From a bacterium (GTDB taxonomy: Bacteria; UBA8248; JACPRG01; G963555815), in NCBI GenBank assembly GCA_965261595.1, contig CBDHDG010000007.1:1152001-1216000 (forward strand): 64,000 nucleotides of DNA, written 5' to 3'. Each line of letters begins with the position of its first letter. The first letter of the stretch is position 1. Below the pieces are notes generated by a model. That model was not told where the DNA came from. It made no database searches and saw nothing but the letters and a program-made list of their open reading frames with translations. The position numbers and the translations under genes are program-made. Positions 9,554 through 19,672 of the stretch are shown here, piece by piece.

Positions 9554-10552
9554 TCAGGCGAAGATGTCTTCCAGCGCCTCTTCGGGCGCGGGAAATTCAC
9601 TGGACAGGGCGAAATCGACGGCCTCGCTGATCACCCGGTCGGCCTTCGCGTTCGCGGCTTCGATCTCCTTTTTCGTCATTTTCAGGTGTTTCTCGAGCCG
9701 GAGGACGGCGTCCCGCTTCAACCAGGAGTCCAATTCCTCCTTCGTCCGGTACACGCCCGCCGGGGGATCGCCCCGGGAGTGTCCCCGGAACCGGTACGTC
9801 TTCAACTCCAGCAACGAGGGGCCGCCCCCGGACCGGGCCCGGGCCACGGCCTCGCGCACGGCCTCATACACGGCCAGAACGTCCATGCCGTCCACGACGA
9901 CGCCGGGGATGTCGTACCCGTGCGCGCGGTCGGCAATGTCGGCGACGGCTGTGCTCCTTCCCGCGGAAAAGCTGACGGCGTAGCCGTTGTTCTCGCACAC
10001 ATAGATCACCGGCAGTTTCCAGATGGCCGCCATGTTGAGGCCCTCGTGGAAGGTCCCCTGGTTGGAGGCCCCGTCCCCGAAGAAGGCCGCGCAGACGTTG
10101 GGCTTCTTTTCGATCTGGAAGGCGAGACCCACGCCGGCGGCGATGACCAGGTTCGCGCCGACGATGGGGTTGGCGCCGTACAGGCCCCGTGGCAGGTCGG
10201 CGATGTGCATCGAGCCGCCTTTGCCCTTGCACAGGCCGGTCTTGCGGCCCAGGAGCTCCGCCATCATCGCCTTGGGGTCGCTCCCCTTGGCGATGGCCGT
10301 CCCATGCCCTCTGTGGGTGGCGAGGACGACGTCCTCATTGCTCAGGTTGGCGCACACGCCCATGCTGGTCGCCTCCTGGCCGATGCTGGTGTGGATCGTT
10401 CCCTTCACGTGCCCTTCCTGGAACAGACGGTCGGCGTTCTCGTCGAACTTCCGGATGAGGAGCATCGTGTGGTGCCACTTCCGCAGGGTGGCGCCATCCA
10501 GCCGGGATGGTTTCGCCCGTGGGGCCTTTTTCGGTGTTGCCTTTTTTGCCAT
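9554..10552 (-). CDS. TPP-dependent dehydrogenase E1 alpha subunit
   Basis: HTSIGQEA, THRGHG, GKGGSMH, FFGDGASNQG...ENN, TYRFRGHS. Confidence 0.95.
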   Translation of the reverse strand: MAKKATPKKAPRAKPSRLDGATLRKWHHTMLLIRKFDENADRLFQEGHVKGTIHTSIGQEATSMGVCANLSNEDVVLATHRGHGTAIAKGSDPKAMMAELLGRKTGLCKGKGGSMHIADLPRGLYGANPIVGANLVIAAGVGLAFQIEKKPNVCAAFFGDGASNQGTFHEGLNMAAIWKLPVIYVCENNGYAVSFSAGRSTAVADIADRAHGYDIPGVVVDGMDVLAVYEAVREAVARARSGGGPSLLELKTYRFRGHSRGDPPAGVYRTKEELDSWLKRDAVLRLEKHLKMTKKEIEAANAKADRVISEAVDFALSSEFPAPEEALEDIFA

Positions 10553-10603
10553 CGGTCGGATGCCCCTTCTCGTCTTCAAGGGAAATGGGATTCCGGGAAT
10601 CAG

Positions 10604-12112
10604 TCATGTGGCGTACGGATTCGCCTGGCTCTCCGTCAGGTCCATCCACACGGTCTTCGTCTGGGTGTAGAGGTCAATGACCTCTTGCCCGTTTTCACGG
10701 CCGTAGCCGCTCATCTTATAGCCGCCGAACGGGACGGCCCAGTGAACTTTGCGGTAGCAGTTGATCCAGATCGTGCCGGCCTTGATTCGCCGGGAGACCC
10801 GGAGGGCCCGCTTCAGATCGCGCGTCCAGACGCCCCCGGCCAAGCCGTACTTGACGGCGTTGACCCTTTCCACCAGCTCGTCCTCGTCCGAGAACCGGAA
10901 CGTGGAGACCACCGGGCCGAAGATCTCCTCGCGGGCGATGCGCATGTCGTGGCTCACCCTGGAGAAGACCGTCGGGGTGAAGAAAAATCCTGATGAGAGG
11001 GCTGGGTCCTCCGGGGGTTTGCCGCCCGTCAAGACCTCCGCGCCCTCGTCCACTCCGCTTTGGACCAGCTCACGGACCTTGTTCCACTGCTGCTCGCACG
11101 TCTGCGAGCCCATCTAGGTCTCTTTCTTTAGGGGGTCGCCGACGCGGATTTTGGACGCCCGTGAAACCAGCTTCTCCAGAAAGGCGTCGTGGATCTTTTC
11201 GTGGAGGAACAGCCGCGAGCCGGCCACGCAGGTCTGGCCCGACGCGACGAAGACCCCGCCCATCGCAGCCGTGACGGCGTCGTCCAGGTCGGTATCGTCG
11301 AACACGATGTTGGGTGACTTGCCGCCCAGCTCGAACGAGACGTGCTTCAGCGTATCGGCGGCGTTGCGCGCGATGACCTGACCGGTCGAGGTCTCGCCCG
11401 TAAAGGCGATCTTGTCCACGTCCGGGTGCCGGACCAGGGCCTCGCCGGCGGTCTCGCCGAAGCCGGGAACGACGTTTACCACGCCGGGAGGGAATCCGGC
11501 CTCTTCGACCAGACGCCCCAGCTCCAGGGCAGTGACCGAGGTGTGCTCCGCCGGCTTGAGGACCACCGTGTTGCCCGCCGCCAGGGCCGGGGCGATCTTG
11601 AAGGCCGCCATGAGGCAGGGTGAGTTCCAGGGAACGATGCACCCGCACACGCCCACCGGCTCGCGGACCGTGTACACGTGGAAGTCGCCGCCGACGGGGA
11701 TCGTCGTCCCCTCAATCTTGTCGGCCAAGCCGGCGAAGTAGTAGTACCATTGGGCCGTCGCGGGCATCTCCACGCCCGCCGTCTCGCGGATGGCCTTGCC
11801 GTTGTCGAGCGACTCCAGGCGGGCCAGCCGGTCGGCGTTCTTCAAGGTGAGGTCGCCGAGCTTTCGGAGGAGCGCGCCTCGCCGGCTGGGGGTCATTGCG
11901 GGCCAGGGGCCGCTCTCGAACGCCTGGCGGGCGGCCTTCACCGCCCGGTCGATGTCCTCCTCAAGACCCTCCCCCACCACGGCCCAGGTCTTTCCCGTCG
12001 CGGGGTTGAGGCTTTCGAAGGTCTTTCCCGAGGCAGGCTCGACCCATTCTCCCGCGATGAACAGTTTGTCATACGTCTGTACTGCCGCGTCGAGCTCGCT
12101 CGCCCTGGTCAT
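10604..12112 (-). pseudogene. Aldehyde dehydrogenase interrupted by an in-frame TAG at 11114-11116
   Basis: Two same-frame ORFs: N-part with PWN, KPAE, FTGET, ELGGK, GQTCVAG; C-part with EEIFGP, YGLAGGV, PFGGYKMSG; junction ACC TAG ATG. Confidence 0.85.
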
Positions 12113-12436
12113 GCCGATCTCCTCTCACGCGAATTTTCCCACTGAAAACAACATTCTATCAAAAAACGGAATCGAAAACATGACCGGCGCACCCGGGCTG
12201 TGATGCGCCCTCCGCTTGCCCCCGTCCTTCGGAATCTGTTAATTTGAAGGGGTCCGCTGACAGAAAGCTCATAAAGAGATAGTGCCACAACACGGAGCAT
12301 GAGGTGACGCCGGGTGATGCTCCCGGTGTTCGCGGGACTCATCTCGGAATGCCGGTGAAGAGGGTGACCCGGCCCGCTCAGGGCGCCGCTGGCCCCGGAC
12401 ACACCCCCTTAAGGAACTGCATGGGAGGACATATCA

Positions 12437-13222
12437 ATGGACCTCGGACTCAAAGGGAAGAACGCCGCCGTTTCCGGAGCGAGCCAGGGAATCGGATGTT
12501 TCATCGCCCGGGCGCTGGCCGATGAAGGCTGCAACGTGGCGATCAGCGCGCGGGGAGAAGAGCGCCTTCAAGCGGCCGTGAAGGACCTGGAGGCCAAGGG
12601 GGTCAAGGCCGTGGGGATCCAGTGCGATCACGCCGCCTCCGAGGGCTGCGCCAAGTTCATCGACGAGGTCGTCGCCGGGCTCGGCGGGCTGGACATTCTG
12701 GTCAACAACGTCGGCGGGATGATCCCGGGCACGATCGACAGCGTGACGGACGAACAGTGGATCGACATCATCAACCGCAACCTGATGGCCTTTGTTTGGA
12801 CGACCCGGTCCGCGATCCCGCACCTGAAGAATTCGGCCGGGGCGAAGGTGCTCAACGTGTCGGGCATGACGGGCAAACAGCTCCTGCCGGGTGCCTTGAC
12901 GACGACCCTGCCCAACACGGCGATCATCGGATTCACGAAGGTCATGGCCGGCGAGCTGGGCAAGGACGGCATCACGGTCAACAACATCTGCCCGGGCATC
13001 GTGAACACCGAGTCCTGGGGGCCGCGGGCCGAGATGATGGCCAAGGTGCGGGGCACGACGGCGGATCAGGTCCGCCGGATGTTCTCCGATTTCACCCTCC
13101 TGGGCCGCTGGGGCGAGCCCGAGGAGATCGGCAATGTGGCCGCCTTTCTGGTCTCCGACAAGAACAGCTACATGACCGGAACGACGGTCGAGGTGTGCGG
13201 AGGATGGGCCCGGTATATCTGA
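12437..13222 (+). CDS. SDR family oxidoreductase
   Basis: VSGASQGIG, LDILVNNVG, VNNICPG; GGAGG RBS. Confidence 0.92.
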   Translation: MDLGLKGKNAAVSGASQGIGCFIARALADEGCNVAISARGEERLQAAVKDLEAKGVKAVGIQCDHAASEGCAKFIDEVVAGLGGLDILVNNVGGMIPGTIDSVTDEQWIDIINRNLMAFVWTTRSAIPHLKNSAGAKVLNVSGMTGKQLLPGALTTTLPNTAIIGFTKVMAGELGKDGITVNNICPGIVNTESWGPRAEMMAKVRGTTADQVRRMFSDFTLLGRWGEPEEIGNVAAFLVSDKNSYMTGTTVEVCGGWARYI

Positions 13223-13300
13223 CAACCCGCCGAACCCGCGGCGCTCCGGGCGGACCGGGCCTCCGCCGCTCGGCCATTCCGAAACGAAAAGAGAACCGCC

Positions 13301-14278
13301 ATGAAGATCGACGTCCAGTGTCATTTCTATCCGGATAAGGTGATCGAGAAGCTCAAGGCCCGGAGCGCGGCGCCCACCGCCATGGAAAAAAACGGCCGGA
13401 CGGTTATCATGGCCGGCCGGCACACGGGCTTGTCCTTTCCCCCGGCCATCAACGACCTGGACGCGAAGCTCGGGGCCATGGACGCGGCCGGGGTGGACGT
13501 CCAGGTTCTCAGCATCAACGTCCCCGGACCGGAGCTGGCGGGAGGTCGGGAGTCCGACGACCTGGCGGAGCTGGCCCACGACTGCCTGGCCGAGCTCATC
13601 CAAAAGCAGCCCGACAAGTTTTGGGGGATGGCCTGCCTGGGGCTGGGCGACATGGACCGCTCACTCCAAGAGCTCGACCGTTGCCTGAATGATCTGGGCT
13701 TCAAGGCCGTCCAGCTCTACTCCAATTTGCGGGGGACTCCGCTGGACGACCCGTCTCTCCATCCCCTGTATGAGCGGTGCGCGGAGCTGGACCTCCCCAT
13801 CTTCCTTCACCCCACGGTCCCGGTCCTCTCCGAGGCGGCGATGGCCGACTACAACCTCATCCCCATCGTGGGCTTCCTGTTCGATACGACGCTCGCCGCC
13901 CTGCGGCTCATCATGAGCGGAACGATGAAGAAGTTTCCCGGCGTCAAGTTCGTCCTCCCGCACGTGGGCAGCACCATCCCCTACCTGATGGGACGCATCG
14001 ACTACCTGACGGGCAGCATGCCCAACGGACGCGAGCACCTGGACGGCGAGTCGCCGAGCGAGTATTTCAAGCGGTTTTACTTCGACACGGTGTCCTCGTA
14101 TCAGCCGGCCATCGATTATTTCTACAAGCTCTTCGGCGCGGACCGGCTTTTGTTCGGGAGCGATTATCCCTGGGTGGAAATCGATTCATGCGTGGATCTC
14201 GTCGAGGGTCTCCCGGCCGATGAGGCCGAGAAGGAGAAGATCTACTCGAAGAACGCGTTGGCGCTGCTAAAAAAGTAA
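13301..14278 (+). CDS. Amidohydrolase_2 family protein (ACMSD/decarboxylase-like)
   Basis: IDVQCH, PIFLHP, PHVG, FYFDT, LLFGSDYP. Confidence 0.9.
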   Translation: MKIDVQCHFYPDKVIEKLKARSAAPTAMEKNGRTVIMAGRHTGLSFPPAINDLDAKLGAMDAAGVDVQVLSINVPGPELAGGRESDDLAELAHDCLAELIQKQPDKFWGMACLGLGDMDRSLQELDRCLNDLGFKAVQLYSNLRGTPLDDPSLHPLYERCAELDLPIFLHPTVPVLSEAAMADYNLIPIVGFLFDTTLAALRLIMSGTMKKFPGVKFVLPHVGSTIPYLMGRIDYLTGSMPNGREHLDGESPSEYFKRFYFDTVSSYQPAIDYFYKLFGADRLLFGSDYPWVEIDSCVDLVEGLPADEAEKEKIYSKNALALLKK

Positions 14279-14298
14279 CGCGCTGCGTAGTTTTGGGC

Positions 14299-14327
14299 TT
14301 GACGAATAATCCCCCATGCCCTATATT
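14299..14327 (+). promoter_or_regulatory. Sigma70-type promoter of the IS1595 transposase-MTase operon
   Basis: TTGACG-17 nt-TATATT. Confidence 0.6.
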
Positions 14328-14358
14328 ATAAGTATCAGATCACAAAGGGGGATACAAA

Positions 14359-15234
14359 ATGGACTTGGTAAAGATTTTCAGACGCTTCCCAGACCACGAA
14401 TCCTGCATCGAGCATCTTGAGAAGGTCCGCTTTGGCGATGAGCCATATTGCCCGAATTGCGGAGGGATGCAGGTTGCACGGAAGGCGGACGGACATCGCA
14501 TAGGCCGGTGGAATTGCCATGACTGCAAGTCCTCGTTCAATGTTCTCTCAAAGACCATCTTTCAAAAGACGAAAATCGACCTGCAGATATGGTTTCTGGC
14601 CATTGGTTTACTCCTGAATGCCAAGAAAAGCGTATCTTCGCATCAACTAGGGCGCGATTTAGGAATCAACCATAAGACGGCTTGGTATCTGGCGATGAGA
14701 ATCCGAAAGGCTATGACCCTTGATGGCGGCTTATTGCAGGGAATCATAGAGGCGGATGAGTGTTATATCGGCGGGAAGCCTCGCAAGGGCAACAAGCGCG
14801 ATGATGACAAGCCGGGCAAGCGCGGACGCGGAACGGACAAAATGCCCGTCATCGGCGCGGTGGAACGCGGGGCTTCTGTGGTGGCGAAGGTCGCCAATAA
14901 TGTATCCGGAAAGGGTATCCTCAAATTCATACAGAAGGCGGTTGACCCTGCGGGTTCCCTGCTCATCACGGATGAGTATCCCGCCTACAACCGAGCCAGA
15001 AAAATCATACCTCATGCGGTCATCAACCACCAAGTCCAGTATGTCGAAGGCTACAAGCATACGAACACGATTGAGGGTTTCTGGAGCCTTCTGAAGCGGG
15101 CATGGTACGGCTCTCATCACAAATACACCCTCAAGCACGCTGACGCCTATATTCAGGAGGCTTGCTTCAAATATAACACGCGCAAGCAACCCGACTTGTT
15201 CTCTGCATTCATCAAGCGGGCGGCCTTGGCATGA
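14359..15234 (+). CDS. IS1595-family (ISXO2-like) transposase
   Basis: N-terminal CPNC...CHDC zinc ribbon, IEADECYIGG, LITDEY, HTNTIEGFWSLLKR. Confidence 0.95.
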   Translation: MDLVKIFRRFPDHESCIEHLEKVRFGDEPYCPNCGGMQVARKADGHRIGRWNCHDCKSSFNVLSKTIFQKTKIDLQIWFLAIGLLLNAKKSVSSHQLGRDLGINHKTAWYLAMRIRKAMTLDGGLLQGIIEADECYIGGKPRKGNKRDDDKPGKRGRGTDKMPVIGAVERGASVVAKVANNVSGKGILKFIQKAVDPAGSLLITDEYPAYNRARKIIPHAVINHQVQYVEGYKHTNTIEGFWSLLKRAWYGSHHKYTLKHADAYIQEACFKYNTRKQPDLFSAFIKRAALA

Positions 15235-16694
15235 ATCGCCTGTATTATGGCGACTGCCTGACCATCATGCAGGAAATGCGCGCCGGAAGCGTAGACCTCA
15301 TTTATCTCGACCCACCCTTCAACTCGAACCGCGAATACAACGCCATTTACAAGGATGAGACTGGACGGCCCTTGCCCGATCAAATAGAGGCGTTCTGCGA
15401 CCTCTGGACACTTGATGAAGAGCGACAGCGTGTCATTAGACATATGCCCGTTATGTTGCGCGAGGCAGGCCTTGACGATGAGACGACTCAATTCTGGAAA
15501 CTATGGATGAACGCCTTGAGAAACACACAACCGCGCCTTCTCGCCTACCTCTCCTATATGGTTGAGCGATTACTACAGATGAAGTCTATTCTCAAGCCCA
15601 CGGGGAGCGTTTATCTCCATTGCGACCCCACGGCCAGCCACTACATCAAGATCATGATGGATAGTATTTTCGGGCATCGGAATTTCAGGAATGAGATTAT
15701 CTGGTCATACAAGCGATGGCCCTCTAAGAGTTCCCGATTTCAGACCATGCACGACGTGATTCTGTTTTACGGAAAAGGAAAAACAAACACGTTTCATGTC
15801 GCCTATGAACCTGCCAGTGAGAGTTACCTGAAGCGGTTCAAGGGGAAAACGCAGTATCTCGATCCGGAAACGAAAACGCGAAAAATCCCCGTGGACGAAC
15901 CCACGAAGGGCATGCCGCTTCGTGATGTCTGGGACATTTCGATTCTGGCCGGATCATCAAAAGAACGCCTCGGCTACAGAACCCAGAAGCCTCTCGCTCT
16001 CCTTGAGCGCATCATCAAGGCTTCCTCGAATGAAGGCGACGTGGTTCTAGACCCATTCTGTGGATGCGCCACAACGATGGAGGCGGCCCATAGCCTCGGC
16101 CGTAAGTGGATCGGAATCGATATCGCCATTCACGCCATCAAGCGCGTGGCGCGGATGCGCCTACAGCATCGCCTGGGCTTGGTAGAGGGCGAGGACTTCA
16201 CCATCGACGGCGTGCCTCGCAACGTGGAAGGCGCGAAAGACCTTTGGGAGCGAGACAAATACCACTTTCAAAAATGGGCCGTCGAGGAGGTGGAGGGCTT
16301 CGTTACGACCAAGCGGACGGCGGACGGTGGAATCGACGGGCGCCTTTACTTCCCGCTTCCCGATAAGCCCGACCTGCAAAGCATGGCCCTTGAGGTGAAG
16401 GGCGGAAAGAACGTCAACATAAGTGATGTTCGCGCCCTCAAGGGTGTATTGGATAATGACGATGCGCTTATGGCGGGTATCATAACCATGGAGCCTTTAG
16501 GCGCGGTGAAAGAACGGAATTTTAGACGTGATATGGCGCAGGCTGGAGATCTCATCGTGAATCGAATGGAGTATCCCCGAATGCAGATGTTGAGCGTTTC
16601 GGACATATTCGATGGGAAGCGATTTCATACGCCGGGCGTTGTTGGCAAAGGGCAAGGTTCACAAATAGCTCTGCCCGGAACCGTGAAGCGTTAG
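15231..16694 (+). CDS. N6/N4 DNA methyltransferase with C-terminal restriction-endonuclease-like domain
   Basis: LIYLDPPFNS, TQKPLALLERII, VLDPFCGCAT; C-terminal DGGIDG...EVKGG; ATGA overlap with transposase. Confidence 0.92.
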   Translation: MNRLYYGDCLTIMQEMRAGSVDLIYLDPPFNSNREYNAIYKDETGRPLPDQIEAFCDLWTLDEERQRVIRHMPVMLREAGLDDETTQFWKLWMNALRNTQPRLLAYLSYMVERLLQMKSILKPTGSVYLHCDPTASHYIKIMMDSIFGHRNFRNEIIWSYKRWPSKSSRFQTMHDVILFYGKGKTNTFHVAYEPASESYLKRFKGKTQYLDPETKTRKIPVDEPTKGMPLRDVWDISILAGSSKERLGYRTQKPLALLERIIKASSNEGDVVLDPFCGCATTMEAAHSLGRKWIGIDIAIHAIKRVARMRLQHRLGLVEGEDFTIDGVPRNVEGAKDLWERDKYHFQKWAVEEVEGFVTTKRTADGGIDGRLYFPLPDKPDLQSMALEVKGGKNVNISDVRALKGVLDNDDALMAGIITMEPLGAVKERNFRRDMAQAGDLIVNRMEYPRMQMLSVSDIFDGKRFHTPGVVGKGQGSQIALPGTVKR

Positions 16695-16828
16695 ATTGGG
16701 AAGTGTAGCCCATAACTACGCAGTGCGTAAATTTTTTTTTCGTCGAACATGATTTTCATCCTCCGCTTGCGAGTTCTTGCGGAAGACATGGCGGCTAACG
16801 AGAGTTTTGGATAGGGAAATAAAACCGG

Positions 16829-17350
16829 CTATTTGCGTCCGCTCGGAAACGGCTTGGCTTCCGTCAATTGTTTCACGATCTTTCGGATGGCGTCGGGGCT
16901 TCTTGCGGCTTTCTTGCCCCCCGATTCGTTGCACCATTCCGAGACCGTCTTGTAGGCGGCGGTCTTGGTGTAGCCGTAGTCCTTGATCAACACCCGTACG
17001 GTGACTAAGATGTCCAACGTTTCGTTGATGTCGCCTACCGGGCGTCCCGGTCCGCTCTTTGGTTTAGTGCGCTGGCCCGTCGCGGCCATCATGGCGAAGT
17101 CTATGAGGATCGGTGCCGTCTTTTCATGGCGCGTCAGCTTCGGCGTCCGGCGGCAAAACTCGACTAAGGTATCCCAAGCCCACGGTTGGGACAGCGACCA
17201 GTTCCATAAGGAGGCGAGGAGCTTGTCCCGTTCCTTCGGGTCCGTTTCCTGCTCGTACCGTTGTAGGTGCCACTCGGCCTTCTCACGGCGGGGTTCGCCG
17301 TTGCAAAACTGGCGCTTCAGTTCGTCGATGTAGGCTGCGTTATCGTCCAT
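16829..17350 (-). CDS. Hypothetical protein of integrative-element remnant
   Basis: 173-aa ORF overlapping the integrase stop; possible C-terminal helix-turn-helix. Confidence 0.6.
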   Translation of the reverse strand: MDDNAAYIDELKRQFCNGEPRREKAEWHLQRYEQETDPKERDKLLASLWNWSLSQPWAWDTLVEFCRRTPKLTRHEKTAPILIDFAMMAATGQRTKPKSGPGRPVGDINETLDILVTVRVLIKDYGYTKTAAYKTVSEWCNESGGKKAARSPDAIRKIVKQLTEAKPFPSGRK

Positions 17351-18533
17351 GACGGCGCCTCCTCGGTTGGCGTCCGGCCATCGCGGTGGCGGTAATCGCG
17401 GCGGCCTGCTCGGTGGCGTCTGTCAAGGCGTCATTGGACCGGCGGACGTAGCGGTTGGCCATCTCGAGGGTTGAATGACCAAGGACATCCCGCAGGACGT
17501 AGGCATTGACCCCGGCCCCGGCGAGTGCGGTTGCCAGGGACCGCCTCAGATCGTGCAGCCGCACGTCCGGGAGCCCCGCGTGCTCGCACGCCTTCGCGAA
17601 GACATCCCGAGCGGTCTTGTAGGACACGTGCGCCCCACGTCCCGCAGCGAAGACCCAGGGGCATTCGTTGACATGCGGGAGCCGGGCCAAAAGTTCGAGA
17701 ACCGGAGCGGCGAGCGGCACCACGCGCCTCCCCGTCTTCGTGCTCGGCAGGACCACGCGCCCCGTCTCGGAGTCAATGTCCTGCCATTGCATTGAGAGGC
17801 ATTCGGAGATACGCAGGCCGGTCAAGGCCGCCACGCGGATGGCCGCCACCGGAAACGGGTGCACCTTTTCGAGCGCCTTGAGCGCGTCGCTCAGGGAGGC
17901 TAGCTCGGACGGCGCGAGCACGCGATCACGCGCCTGCTCTCTGGCACGCTCGACCCCTCGAACCGGATTAGTCTGTTGCGCTCGCCATTCCCAATGTTCG
18001 GTCAGGGTGAAGATCCGCGACAGGAACGCCAACACTCGGTTACGCAGCGTCGGTGTCTTCGCCAGCTTCGTCGCCAATTTCTCGACATGGTGACGAGTGA
18101 CCTTTGCCACCTGGAGAGACCCCAGGGCAGGCTCGACATACCGCCGCGCCTGCCGCCCGTACTCGTCCACGGTGCGCCGGGTCATGCGGCCCGCCTCGAT
18201 CCGCGCCGGTGCGGTTTCGGTGAAGAATCGCTCCAGCGCGTCGCTCACGGTGGGAGCCTCCCGCTCCTGCCGCCGCCGTTCCAGTGGATCGGCTTCGCCG
18301 TCGCGGATTCGTACAAGCTCCTTGCTTGCCTTCTCGCGGGCCGCCCGCAGGCTCATTCCCGAGCATTGCGCCAACGTCGCAAGTCGCTTCCGGCCGCCGA
18401 TCCGGTACGACAAGACAAACGCCTTGCGCCCGCTCGGGAACACCTTGCAGCCCAAGCCCGCCACCTGCGAGTCCCACAAGATCACCGGTTTAGGCCCCGG
18501 ATTCGTGTCCCTGATGATTCTCTCTGTCAGCAT
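17340..18533 (-). CDS. Tyrosine recombinase/phage-type integrase with N-terminal arm-binding domain
   Basis: LWDSQVAGLG arm domain; TGLRISE, TKTG, HDLRRS, LGHS, RY catalytic motifs. Confidence 0.95.
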   Translation of the reverse strand: MLTERIIRDTNPGPKPVILWDSQVAGLGCKVFPSGRKAFVLSYRIGGRKRLATLAQCSGMSLRAAREKASKELVRIRDGEADPLERRRQEREAPTVSDALERFFTETAPARIEAGRMTRRTVDEYGRQARRYVEPALGSLQVAKVTRHHVEKLATKLAKTPTLRNRVLAFLSRIFTLTEHWEWRAQQTNPVRGVERAREQARDRVLAPSELASLSDALKALEKVHPFPVAAIRVAALTGLRISECLSMQWQDIDSETGRVVLPSTKTGRRVVPLAAPVLELLARLPHVNECPWVFAAGRGAHVSYKTARDVFAKACEHAGLPDVRLHDLRRSLATALAGAGVNAYVLRDVLGHSTLEMANRYVRRSNDALTDATEQAAAITATAMAGRQPRRRRHGR

Positions 18534-18536
18534 TGC

Positions 18537-18634
18537 GTCACCCCAAAAGTCACCAAAGTCACCACCCGAGTCACCTCCAAAATCAGTGTCCGTCAGTGGG
18601 TAGCATTCGGGTAAAAAGTCACCAATAAGTCACC
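18537..18634. repeat. Six GTCACC direct repeats, probable integrase arm-type sites
   Basis: GTCACC at 18537, 18549, 18558, 18570, 18618, 18629, immediately upstream of int. Confidence 0.7.
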
Positions 18635-18922
18635 ATATAGACAGAATACCACGGCAAACCGACGCAAGCAACTGCAAAGCAGATGTCGAATTTATAGCAC
18701 TATAATCAATTAGTTATGGAAAGTATCGGCAAAGGGTGGCAAAGGCGGGAAAGGCGCTCATGACTGATTCAGAATCAGTGCAAAACCTTGTTCGTGCGCT
18801 CAAAGCGGGGTTGGTTACGAAAATATCCTGTCAAAAGGTTGAATGGGGGGGGGCATGTGGGAAATCCCGGCTGAAGGAGAAGGCGGGGCGAACCCGGGAA
18901 CCATTAACATCGAGAGGGGAAA

Positions 18923-19672
18923 ATGCGCCTGAAAAACAAAGTAGCCATTGTAACAGGAGGCGCCCAGGGCATCGGGCGAACGTACGTACACACACTTGCC
19001 GAGCAGGGCGCCAAGGTGGTTATCGCCGACATCGCCGACACCCAAGAGGCGGTCGATGAGGTCAGGCAGGCGGGAGGAGAAGCGACAGGCGTGACTACAG
19101 ACATCAGCGATGAGGCCGGCACGCGGGCCATGGCGCAAAAAACGGTGGAAGCCTACGGCCGGATTGACATCCTGGTCAACAACGCCGGAATCGCCGGCCG
19201 ATTCGCCCGCTTCTCCATTGAGGATACGACGGTCGAGTTCTGGGACCAAATCATGGCGGCGAACGCGAAGGGCATGTTCTTGTGTTCGAAGGCGGTTCTG
19301 CCGACGATGAAGGCCCAACAGACCGGGAAGATCATCAACATCTCCTCCCACTCCTTTTATCTGGGCATCGCCGGGATGATTGCCTACACCACATCAAAGG
19401 GGTGCGTTCTGGCCTTCACCCGAGCCCTGGCCCGCGAGGTTGGAGATTACGGGATCGCCGTCAACGCCCTCGCGCCGGCTGTCATCCCCATGGAGAACGA
19501 TCCCTTCGAATCGGCGCCCGAGAAGGTCGAGAGGGTCAACCGGGGCCGATGCTTCAAGCGCTCCCTCGAACCCGCCGACCTTGCGGGGACCCTCCTTTAT
19601 CTGGCGGGCGAAGACAGCGCCTTCGTTACCGGACAGAGCCTTCTGGTCAACGGCGGGGCCTATTTTCAGTAG
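18923..19672 (+). CDS. SDR family oxidoreductase
   Basis: VTGGAQGIG, DILVNNAG, YTTSK. Confidence 0.93.
   Translation: MRLKNKVAIVTGGAQGIGRTYVHTLAEQGAKVVIADIADTQEAVDEVRQAGGEATGVTTDISDEAGTRAMAQKTVEAYGRIDILVNNAGIAGRFARFSIEDTTVEFWDQIMAANAKGMFLCSKAVLPTMKAQQTGKIINISSHSFYLGIAGMIAYTTSKGCVLAFTRALAREVGDYGIAVNALAPAVIPMENDPFESAPEKVERVNRGRCFKRSLEPADLAGTLLYLAGEDSAFVTGQSLLVNGGAYFQ

Larger units (their letters stand above)
14279..16727 (+). mobile_element. IS1595-family element carrying a passenger DNA methyltransferase
   Basis: 21-bp TIRs CGCGCTGCGTAGTTTTGGGCT (14279-14299) and AGCCCATAACTACGCAGTGCG (16707-16727), 2 mismatches; left end shared with the copy at 63456. Confidence 0.9.

Noticed and set aside
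18537..18634. CRISPR array
   Set aside because: Repeats are 6-9 bp with irregular short spacing, and there are no cas genes in the window.
18740..18830. tRNA gene
   Set aside because: Only an anticodon-arm-like palindrome; no T-arm, D-arm or acceptor stem.
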